Shown here: positions 11,330 through 20,582 of the stretch, piece after piece
Layout: each line of letters begins with the position of its first letter
Position numbering within the stretch: position 1 is the first letter of the stretch
NCBI GenBank assembly: GCA_024626585.2
Contig: JANKJI020000002.1
Coordinates: 76,099,494 to 76,120,075 of the forward strand
DNA from: Ginkgo biloba
Lineage: Eukaryota > Plantae > Ginkgophyta
DNA: 20,582 nucleotides
Direction of reading: 5' to 3'
Position numbers and translations under genes: made by a program
Notes under the pieces: model-generated
Databases searched by the model: none
What the model saw: only the letters and a program-made list of their open reading frames with translations
What the model was told of the DNA's origin: nothing

Positions 11330-11820
11330 CTATATCGCTCAGTGAAAAAAAATTTAGAAGTGGCTCTACCAAGGGGAAATTTTGATAATTTTGACTCGTA
11401 AACTTGTAACCTGCCTACTCAAAATTACAAGCCAATTGTCAATTAAACCCTAGCTTGATTGTTTTTAAATCATAAACCCTAAAAGCAAAGGCCTTTTACC
11501 CATTCAAACAAAACTTTCTCTTGTGTCAGACCTACTCTTGCCTTTTCTTTCATTTGACAATTTCCAGACTTCAAAATTGACATTAGACTTAATTCAGACT
11601 TCAAACTCTTTTCTTTTGAAAACACTTGGTATATTAATCAGAAAAAATGTACAAAAGCCTTGAAGGCCAGTATTCAACCCAGAAACTGCTTTATGAAAAG
11701 ACAGCGAGAAAGAGCTAGTAAAAAACTACTGCATCTAGGTTTTCATATTCATTGATAATTACATAGCTGACAGTGAAACAGGCAGTTAGTGTTTGAAACA
11801 AACATCAGAGTCACCGTCAC

Positions 11821-13737
11821 CTTCAAACATATAAACTGGAACATTGGTAAGACAATTTTGTCTTCGGAATCTTCCTGACTGACACTTAAATTTCCTGAAA
11901 GGTAAAATTTATTATTTGATCAATTGCCCCAGTTGCGATGGGGTCCTGTTTGTTATACATTTGCTTCACACTGAACAGAGCACCCGCACACCACTGAACC
12001 TTGACAATAAAATGGCATGCTTGTCTATGGGCTTCTTTATGGATGAGTAAATTTTCTTTGAAGTTTGCTCGATTCTGGCCAGTTCTTTCAGATTCGTGTT
12101 CACCGTGGATCAAGGCTAAAAGCCCTCATATTTTTCCATGATGTAGTTATGCCCTTCCAGATCCAGAATTTGTAGGTGGCTTTGAACTCAAAGAGTTGGG
12201 GATCCACTACAAACCATCTTTCTACTTTCTAATAACTTGCTTGGGAAAAGGAAGGATTTGTCAAAGAGCCCGGAGCTACAATGCTGGGAATCCATTGGAG
12301 ATCAAGTGACAGAGCTCTCCTTAATTTTACTCATTGCATACAAGTTCTCTGCATCGAAGAAACATTCTCTCTGTTTTTCTGTCTATTGAGCATTTTGCAA
12401 ATACAGGCTTAAGTTTCTAAAGATCCAATTAGTTATAAGCTCTCAGTGCATGGACCACACCTTCTGGTAGCATTGGGTAAGGGGATAACTCTAAGTAATC
12501 AACCTAGGTACCGAGCATATTTTTCACATGGGGATTCTTGCCGCATTTCAAATAGTGCCCAAAGCAATTGATGTATTTCTGGGTTCATTTGAACTCAAGC
12601 TTCTGGAGTTAGTTGCTTTCAAGGAGGTAGATGAAGTGGTACGCTGGATAGGAAGGACTTATTCTTCTAATCCGAAGACTAGATAGTGATAGGCTGGATC
12701 AATGGCCCCATGGTGAATCAGAGAAAGACTTAAAATTCTTCATCGACAACTCAGTAGGAGTATTTTGGAATGGCCAACCTCATATAGAGGAGGGACTGAA
12801 TATAAGCATATACATAGCTTGGGATTTCACCAGATTATAATTCTCCGGAGTAAGATGTAAAGACAAACTTATGAAGCTATTTAACAGATCACCCAAATAC
12901 TGCGTGCTATGGAAAAGCAGAGATATAGAATAAAGACACACAAAAGATTTCAAGATCTGAACCAGAAATATCACCACTATGAGCTGGGGAAATGTAATTT
13001 ATACAAAGGCCCATTATGTAATTCCACTCCCTGCAGGCCATACATCCCCCTTCAAAGGCCTTGTGTTAGAATCTATAGAGTGAGGATGATCGATGTGAGC
13101 TTCTGACTCAGAGGGAACTCTATCAAGTTCCAGAAGCAAGAGATGTACACAACAAGTTTAAGTATCTCCCGATGAGTGTACCAGCAGATAATCTAGTCTG
13201 GACAGTAGCCAATACCCTTCTGAATGTTCTACAAACTCCCAGAAACCATGACGCAGTAAACTTTTCCAAGGTTAATGTCTTGATTCAGACTTTTGTCAGC
13301 TTTGATCCACATGGGAAACCATGAAATTTATTTGCTTATCATTTTCACCCATAGCCCAGGTCACTCGGCAATTCTGAAAAATGCTCTTCATACTGACCTC
13401 TCCCAGGCCTCTGCAGCTAATGGTACATTCACATAGATGAGCTAACCTATTGTACATTTCTCTAACAACCCTTTGAAAAGTGGCCATACAGAAGTATGTA
13501 ATTAAGATGAAATGAAGGCATTGATACAGTTGGGTAGGCCCAATCTCAGTTACCATAGGCTGAGGATAAGATAGGAATCCTTGAATGTCTAAGAATAGAA
13601 GGGCTTCCATGCTTTGTAGATTTGAGAATGCCAGATGTGAAAGTCTTATCTGTTCATTTCATGTCCCATATGAGAGTATGAGACCATGAGAATAAAGAGT
13701 AAGATGACCCAAGCAACAAGTGGTACAACCAAAAACA
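11821..13737 (-). pseudogene. Large LRR-encoding exon of an NLR-like gene, disrupted by many stops and frameshifts
   Basis: Strong acceptor ttgtcttaataactgtttttcag| and donor GAAG|gtgacg. Near the start, HGLILSYG..EQIRLSHLAFSNLQSMEALLFLDIQG resembles the TNL post-NB pattern GI.L...I.L...AF..M..L..L.I. LRR-like words across frames: HFSELPSDLG, IKTLTLEKF, CFWNLIEFP, MYGLQGVELHN, GWPFQNTPTEL, LQKLEFK, LPEGVVHAL...LDL, LQILDLEGHN. Confidence 0.6.
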
Positions 13738-13889
13738 CTGAAAAACAGTTATTAAGACAAAATCAATAAAGTGTCAGTTGCAGGATAGCTAAAGATTGCC
13801 ACAAGTGTAGCTCAAGGATGCACATGAAAAATACAAATCTAATTTAAGGTTCCAACACTTAGCTTAGTAGAGTTGAGCATTGAGCAGCC

Positions 13890-14346
13890 TTCTGTGGCAT
13901 TGTGGTTGATTTTGTGTGGGTTGCATGTGTGCATGGGTTGATTGTGGATAAAAAATCTACTATTAGATAAACTCTGTGTGTTCTTCTTAGCATTATTGTT
14001 ATGACGCTAAAATCACTACTCTAATTGAGTGTGTGTGTGTGTAGTCCCACATTGAAATTCTACAGGTGCCACCTGGTATTTAAAATATAGAACATGCCCC
14101 TAAAATTTTGCCAATCTAAAAGCAGATCTTGAGTGCAAGTTCTAGGGTTGTCACGTTAGGGACCTCCCTCTCTCCATTACTAACAAATGTTTTGAAGGGA
14201 TGAGCATTGTGTGGTCGTTTGTGGTGTTGCAATTGATTTTGTGTGGGTTGAGTATGGGTAAAAATCTCATTGTTAAATTAGTTTTTTGTCCTTCTTGACA
14301 TTGTTGCTATGATGTTAAAAGCAACACCCTACTCTACCCTACTACT
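13890..14346 (+). repeat. Two diverged LTR-derived fragments (~13890-14022 and ~14205-14346) of the same family as 15449-15545
   Basis: Shared ttgattttgtgtgggttg, gggttgagtatgggtaaaaatc, cattgttgctatgatgt and tactcta words. Confidence 0.65.
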
Positions 14347-15448
14347 CTTCTTCCAAGCCAAAATTTAACGTTATAAGGTGTCTATAAATCCAAAAAGCAA
14401 CAATTAGGCAAATATGATTTTTCTCTAAAAAAAGTGAAAAGTTGCCAAGCCAAACCTTGGCCTCCCATAAATAATAAAGCTAGGCATTATGGTGCTTTTC
14501 ATAAATTAGTCATGTGTAGTAGCATCTAACCACCAACTCATGGAGCTTGGCCATGTGCTACTTCCTTATTCGAGGCACCCAATATTGGGCACTCGAATTA
14601 CTATTTAATACTTCCATACTTTAATTGGTCAAAGTTGTTCTTGTTGGTGTCACAAGTAGTTGTGGGGCCCACCTATTGGGTTACTCACTTATTCCTTAGC
14701 TTTTACCTTTTTTAAGGCCCAAAAGCTTCATTTAATACTTTGTGACAACTAAAAAATTCTAGCTAATTGGCTTCTGTAAAGCAAGCTTGATCCTCACTTC
14801 CAATGCATATCAATTTGGTATGAGCGTAGTCCTACCCTTTGGAGTAAATAAAACTTCTAATCACCCCCTTTTATTGGTTAGCTCCATTCTTGAGTTAAGA
14901 AGGTCATATGGCACTTAAAATGTAAGCCAACCCTCCCNNNNNNNNNNNNNNNNNNNNNNNNNNNNNNNNNNNNNNNNNNNNNNNNNNNNNNNNNNNNNNN
15001 NNNNNNNNNNNNNNNNNNNNNNNNNNNNNNNNNNNNNACCCCAATTTTTTCATTTAGGGTCACTTTCACCACCAAGAGAGCAAGAAAATATTGAGCGACT
15101 GTGAGGTTAAAAAAAATGTAACAAAGTTAAATAAGTGTCGCATTGCTAAAAGACTAGAAGTATTTGAGCTTAGCTCATGTTGGTCGATACTCTAAGATAG
15201 AACAATTTAATGACAAATGTTTGAACATAGAGCAAAGTACATTATTTAATTTAAGTCAACCAACTCAACACCCAAACATAAGCCCATAGCTTGTTGCACT
15301 CCCATATTCTACTATGGCTTGAGTATAGCCCCAACCCCTTCTGTTCACAATTCTAGAGGTCCTGATGTCCTATGGAATTCTCCTAGAGTTAATGTGTTTT
15401 GCCCAACTAGTTTTCAAGTATTAATGAAGTAAGCATCATATAGGCTAG

Positions 15449-15687
15449 CATGGGTTGAGTATGGGTAAAAATCCCCCCATCAGATAAGCCTATGATTGCT
15501 GCTTGGCATTGTTGCTACGATGTCAAAAATCAGTACTCTACTTTACTACTTACGTTATATATTGTGGTTTGCTAACTTTCAGCTGTCCATTTGCTGTCAT
15601 TTTGACAGTGTTTGTACTTTGATTTCTGTGCAGACCTATTGTTTTTTGTGTACTGCCTTTTTGGAATCATAACAGTGGTATCAAAGC
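15449..15687 (+). mobile_element. LTR 3' end (...ATAACA at 15674) followed by a tRNA-iMet primer-binding site TGGTATCAAAGC (15676-15687)
   Basis: CA terminus plus an 11/12 match to the plant iMet PBS TGGTATCAGAGC. Confidence 0.75.
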
Positions 15688-15962
15688 AATCATAATCGAT
15701 TACTTCACTACCTTTACCTAGTTGTATGCTTGGACAAAAATATTCAAAACATCTTCATCCTTTAACTTTCATTTAAATTTGATTGCCTTGATTTTCTCAT
15801 TAAGCAAACTCCTATTCCAGCTGAAACTTGGGATTTTGGATCCTCAATATTATTGTCCTCTTGCCATTATTCTCTTGGAATCAGCTTTACCTTGACTAAA
15901 TTCGGGCAAACTTGACTAACCTAGTATTGGGGATCAGAGGTTCCCTCGTTCTGCTAGGAATC

Positions 15963-16102
15963 ACTTATGTTATCTGTTATGGTATGCTAACATTTAGCTG
16001 CCCATTTACTGTCGTTTGGAATGTGTATGTACTTTGAATTCTCTGCAAATCTGTTGTTTTCTGTGAACTGCCTTTTTAGGGTCATAACAGTGGTGTCATA
16101 GC
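15963..16102 (+). mobile_element. Second copy of the same LTR end (CA at 16089) with degenerate PBS TGGTGTCATAGC (16091-16102)
   Basis: Colinear with 15547-15687 (gctaac...agctg.ccattt.ctgtc...tgtactttga...actgccttttt...tcataacagtggt). Confidence 0.72.
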
Positions 16103-17637
16103 ATTCAAAATCAACCATTTCATTGTCTTGCAGGCCTGGGCTATGAGCATCAAACACTCTNNNNNNNNNNNNNNNNNNNNNNNNNNNNNNNNNNNNNNNN
16201 NNNNNNNNNNNNNNNNNNNNNNNNNNNNNNNNNNNNNNNNNNNNNNNNNNNNNNNNNNNNATGTTTAAATACATAAGAAGATATTTAAGAAAAATGAAAA
16301 GGAAAATACAAATGGCTATGGTATAATCAAATTGTTGGAAAATTAAATGGATTCAACATGCCTACAAGGGTTTGGATCTTAAAAAACACATATAAAACCT
16401 AAGAGTGCATATATAATCAAAGGCTTATGAGCCTCTTTTTTGTTAAATGGGTTTTGATGAGGTGTTTTAGACCACTAACTCATACTCCATTCATATAAAC
16501 TTACAAACAAGCATCACATTTGGTCTAGCTATGTGAAATACTGGAAAAAAAATGGAGAAGCGTACATTTGTAGATTATGATATCTAAAACAATGATGGGT
16601 GAAATTGAATTTTATTTCATTAGAGTGTATTTTGTAATGCTAGATATATATAGTATATATAGTGCATATTCATAACTATATATCGAGATGGTCATTATAT
16701 GATGAATAGTTTATAATCATACATTATGATAATATTTATGTTACGAGGAGGCATAACTTCATCATAACAATAAATTCATATTAAGTGCTTAGTATACACG
16801 TATATATATCAAATAAGTTATACATGTTGCAATACACCTAATGTACCCACTTAGTAGTTGGAGGAATTTCATAAGTATGTGGAAGCGTGATTGAAAATCT
16901 TGGGATAATCTTCTTTCTTGAACCTATGTACTCTCTATATTATGGAATAAATCTCTTTCGTCAAATTGTACTATAAAAAAGGCTCTCTATATGGTTGATT
17001 TTATCAGTACCATATAAGTGTGCACATTTATAGAGAATAATATGTAAGTGCATGCTCTTGGGGTGCACAAATACACAGTACCATGTTAGTGTGGTGCAAA
17101 AACATGATGAAGTGCGTAGAAGCATGGTAAAGCCTATAACTCATTGAAAATTCAAACTAAGAAGTCAAAGCATTGCATTGTTGCACACAACCTAAAATTA
17201 TGATCCATACTTATCCTGTGAACTTGGAAAATCACTTGCAAGATACCCTAGATGGTATGATATGCACTTGTGGAGATTTGCACTCTAAGATCTATCACCA
17301 TCAAACAAGATTTTAAGATAAATCAAAGACATAAACTATTCACAAAGCTTTTGGATAGATAACCACAATCTCCTAATTCCAGTTTGCAATTTATAATTTC
17401 AAGAATACAAGATCAAGAAGAAGGTACTTGAAGAGAAACCCAAGGTATTTTTATGAGAGGATCCTTGGTTACATTTAGTATATTCCCTTAAGAGATATTC
17501 CATGCAATGTTGATGCCGGAGCATCGTCACATTGTGGNNNNNNNNNNNNNNNNNNNNNNNNNNNNNNNNNNNNNNNNNNNNNNNNNNNNNNNNNNNNNNN
17601 NNNNNNNNNNNNNNNNNNNNNNNNNNNNNNNNNNNNN

Positions 17638-18500
17638 TAAGATTTCAACAACTATCTTTATCCTGGCCCTTATTTCCATAATATAAACATGTTTTTGACC
17701 CATATTTCTTCTTCCTCTATGTATAAATTCTCTTATTCTTAGTCCCCTTCTTCATCTTGCTTGAAGAAGAGCTAGAAGAACTGGATGAGGATGTTGATGA
17801 AGTATATGAAATGAGAGAAACATTCCTCTTAGGATTTCCCTTCAATTTTATTGAATCTTTCCTCCTTGCTTGTATCTTAGAAGCAAGCCTAAATTCCTCT
17901 TGTAGATTAGACAAAGAAAACATTTCCAACTAATGCCTAATATATCCATGCAGACCCCCAACAAACTTGAGTATCATTTTATCATTCAGTTCCTTAATAT
18001 CCAATTGAATTATTAGGTCTTAATACTCCTCATAAAAGTCCTCTATAATTTGCTATTGACCTTGCTTTACATGATGCCACTTAAGAAAAAACTAATTCTC
18101 ATATCCAAGAGGATAGAAATTTTTCCTTAACTCCTTCTTGAACTCATTCCAATAAGCAATCGGTAACTATCCTGTGTATTCTCTAATCTTGTAAAAAGAT
18201 TTCCATCATAGTAGTTATTTTTTTCCCATTTTCAACCTAACAAACATTACTCTTTGTTCATCTGTGTAATCCTGATAATAAAAATATACCTCTAATGCTT
18301 GAATCTAAGTCTATAAATATTCTATATCCATCCTTCCCTCAAACACTTAATTTCTACCTTAGATTCTAATCGAAATGGATTATGGTCCATAGGTACCTAT
18401 GTTGGTGAAGAATCTATAAGAGGTGGAACCTTATTTTGTGAAGTAAAATAAACATTGAAAGGAGTAAGAATTGGTTGCTCTACCATAGGAGAAACTATTG
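17638..18500 (-). mobile_element. Ty3/Gypsy gag remnant
   Basis: VFEGRMDIEYL...ALEVYF...YTDEQRVMFVRLKM...WNEFKKELRKNFYPLGYE...KWHHVKQG...IEDFYEEY (Retrotrans_gag-like), a poly-Ser linker and a decayed knuckle CLYYGNKGQDKDSC. Confidence 0.85.
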
Positions 18501-18674
18501 TCCTTACTANNNNNNNNNNNNNNNNNNNNNNNNNNNNNNNNNNNNNNNNNNNNNNNNNNNNNNNNNNNNNNNNNNNNNNNNNNNNNNNNNNNNNNNNNNN
18601 NNNNNNNNNNNNNNNNNNNNNNNNNNNNNNNNNTTCTTGTCTCAAGAGTACCTCCTTTATAGCCTTTGATGTAC

Positions 18675-19453
18675 CTGCTTAGTAGGAGTTATGAGGGAAT
18701 GACCTCCACGCGCGTTGCGGAAGCAATTTTGTTGAACTAAGGGAGTAATCAGATCATTCTATCACTTTTGTATTCTTTGTCTCATAAATTAGAATCTGTG
18801 GCTAGTTGGATTGGTCTGTATGACTTTTGGATGCAGCAAAAAACTAATATCGTTTTTGTGCACACGATTTGCTCAATACCGCATTTCTGCATGCTGTTGG
18901 CCTGCGTGGAAGATAGTTGGCAATGGAATAGAAGAGATCAAAATCTATTGCCATATCTTTCTCTGGTTCACATGCTATGCTCTAAGCATCGCCTGGGAAT
19001 CTGCTTTGTCTTCTCTCATGAATTGCCTGCATTGAAGTGCTTCATTCAAAAAGATTAGAGTGGGATACTGCCAGCGTCATATGACTCTGAGCCTTGACCC
19101 TTATTGCATGGGACACAACATGCCACTAGGTTATTGGCTTATTTCTCTCTACTTTATGCCTCCGCACATAATCTTGGCCAAATTCACAGTCTTTTAGAGA
19201 CCCGCTAATGTCATTTTTTTTCCCTCTAAGACCCCCTTTGTGTGCCTACTACATCCTGCCTACTTGGAAAACTGTCCTGAAGTCATGCAAAGAGTTGATG
19301 ATAACGTTTCAAAATATCCTGCCAACTGCCATGTAAAGTCCTTCACTGGACATTCGGATATTGCCTCCATAAGTAGCTTACTCTCTCTCATATCCACGAT
19401 AATAAGTAATTAGATGTTGTTCCCTTCTTCATCGAAAGGGGGCATATAATGTG
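18675..19453 (-). pseudogene. Divergent NB-ARC C-terminal half (RNBS-C, GLPL, RNBS-D, MHD region) exon
   Basis: One frame gives SLKDCEFGQDYVRRHKVERNKPIT*WHVVSHAIRVKAQSHMTLAVSHSNLFE (cf. L...EA.QLF..HAF..NKP...Y..LS..IV..A.GLPLAL.V.GS.LF), IHERRQS, EPEKDMAIDFDLF at ~18969 (cf. EEEKEMFLDIACF) and QRAWR (cf. SRLW), ending at phase-1 donor CAG|gtacat as TNL NB exons typically do. No P-loop seen. Confidence 0.45.
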
Positions 19454-19867
19454 NNNNNNNNNNNNNNNNNNNNNNNNNNNNNNNNNNNNNNNNNNNNNNN
19501 NNNNNNNNNNNNNNNNNTTAGTAAGGATTGAGAGAACAAAGAATCAGATAGGACCCAGGCATTTATACCTGATAATGTCCTGAAGGCATGCAAAGAGTTG
19601 ATAATATCGTGTCAAAATATCCTGCCAATTGCCATGTTAAGTCCTTCATTGGATATTCAAATATTGCCTTCATAAGTAGCTTGCTCTCCCTCATATCTAT
19701 AATGGTATCTAATTAGTCTATGGTTTCCTTCTTCATCCAAAGGGGGCATGTAATGTGCGTAAGATACATCTAAGAAGATTTAGAGCATGAAAGAAGTTTG
19801 GGAATTCAAGTTTTAGTAAGGAATGGAATAACAAGAGAATCAGATAGGACTTGGGCATTTATTCTTG
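19273..19867. repeat. Tandem duplication of about 300 bp (19273-~19571 and 19576-~19867) covering an exon and an intron
   Basis: tgtcctgaag.catgcaaagagttgat...caaaatatcctgccaa.tgccatg...cataagtagctt...aaagggggcat.taatgtg...gaatcagataggac is repeated at an offset of about 300 nt. Confidence 0.9.
19569..19769 (-). pseudogene. Candidate symmetric phase 1-1 exon (201 nt) of unknown domain: VSYAHYMPPLDEEGNHRLIRYHYRYEGEQATYEGNI*ISNEGLNMAIGRIF*HDIINSLHAFRTLS
   Basis: Acceptor ctaaatcttcttag| and donor CAG|gtataa. Two TGA stops, one of which aligns with CGA in the sister copy. Confidence 0.4.
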
Positions 19868-20582
19868 CCCAAGTTACCAAAGAAAGTAACCCTTAGTTAT
19901 TAAGGCTATTGGGGTGGACCACTAAGTGGCAACTAGGCAACCATTGATATTAGAGTTGGAATAGAGGGAACTTGATATGGGAGGAGCTCACTTAAACAAG
20001 TTAGAAATGAAGGAAGTCCTCATAAGTGATAAAAATATTAGGTAGGTTGAGTTGGTTGGTCTATAGTTATTTCTTGAAAATGTTATTAAACATAAAATAT
20101 GTTTGTACAAGGAAAAAACATCATTCAATTTAGCCCAAATTAAATGGAAATGATTTTTTCTACATTATTGTTGCCCCCAAATCTTAGATCTTAATAGATG
20201 TATGGTTGGTATTCCATGTTGTGATTTTGAAAGGTAACCATTTTTGTATATTTGTATATATTTTTAACACCTCTCATGAACTTATTATAATTTATATTTT
20301 TTCACTTTATGTTAATTAGATAAACATAGATTCAACGAAAAAAGAAAAAGAAGTTCCACACATGCTAGACAGATAAATCACAAATGGTGAGATATAATGG
20401 ATCCATATGGATGTAATATAGGATCACGATATGTAAATTTGGACAAGTCAAAATAATGATGGGGCAAGATCATGATGATATGGCAAAAAGGAAGCAACTA
20501 ATTTCTTGGTTGATTAATTAGTTTAAGCCTTTGATTTATCTCTCCAACCTTCACAAAAGCAAAATTGAATAATAATGGAACA

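Larger units (their letters stand above)
3587..19769 (-). pseudogene. Fragmented NLR-like (NB-ARC-LRR) resistance-gene pseudogene with a candidate C-terminal ubiquitin-like domain
   Basis: Six co-oriented AG..GT-bounded coding-like blocks in the order unknown exon, NB-ARC C-terminal half, LRR, linker, UBL-N, UBL-C. The last three junctions are phase-compatible if one frameshift is allowed in the linker exon. Many in-frame stops; introns are filled with Gypsy debris. Confidence 0.55.

Noticed and set aside
11445-11483. AAACCCTA telo-box-like motifs
   Set aside because: Two isolated copies in an inferred intron with no promoter context; could be chance.
11795-12380. Endogenous negative-strand RNA virus polymerase: minus-strand words KQRE, ILDLEGHNYIM, SQLG and GDGDSDV loosely recall premotif A and motifs A/B/C of ophiovirus or mononegaviral L proteins
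   Set aside because: LQILDLEG is equally a textbook LRR word and lies among many other LRR-like repeats in a splice-bounded exon. The B and C matches are poor, and the C-like word straddles the inferred splice donor. A TBLASTX/HMM search against viral RdRps would settle it.
12490-13325. Open plus-strand frames (e.g. FELKLLELVAFKEVDEVVRW, EDDRCELLTQRELY; ORF 12909..13106)
   Set aside because: Best explained as antisense shadows of the minus-strand LRR exon; no motifs or splice structure on the plus strand.
14811-14826. CA followed by TGGTATGAGC, a PBS-like site
   Set aside because: Needs a 2-nt deletion to match, and no matching LTR partner was identified.
16780-17537. Possible MULE/MuDR transposase remnant on the plus strand
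   Set aside because: Only vague residue patterns across several frames; no catalytic motif or TIR that I can support.
20320-20582. Possible hAT transposase remnant (NIGSRYVNL ~ ILDPRYK)
   Set aside because: A single weak motif at the window edge.

Overview
AT-rich eukaryotic genomic DNA from a gapped draft assembly (many N runs). The repeat content (L1-clade LINE with zf-RVT and RNase H, several decayed Ty3/Gypsy pieces) points to a large plant genome, probably a gymnosperm; that assignment is inference. No intact protein-coding gene, RNA gene or CRISPR array is visible. Reading the minus strand by hand through stops and frameshifts, the non-TE intervals join into one fragmented multi-exon pseudogene of about 16 kb (19769->3587). 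It has a duplicated unknown exon, a divergent NB-ARC-like exon (18675-~19450), a 1.9-kb LRR exon (11821-13737), a linker exon (11119-11329), and two exons (9544-9536+8294-7983 and 3763-3587) that together encode a ubiquitin-like domain. This resembles a dead NLR immune-receptor gene with a candidate C-terminal integrated UBL domain. An internally deleted Gypsy element (8299-9535, ATTA target-site duplication) sits inside one exon, and removing it restores the reading frame. All domain calls come from by-eye motif matching and need HMM/BLAST confirmation.
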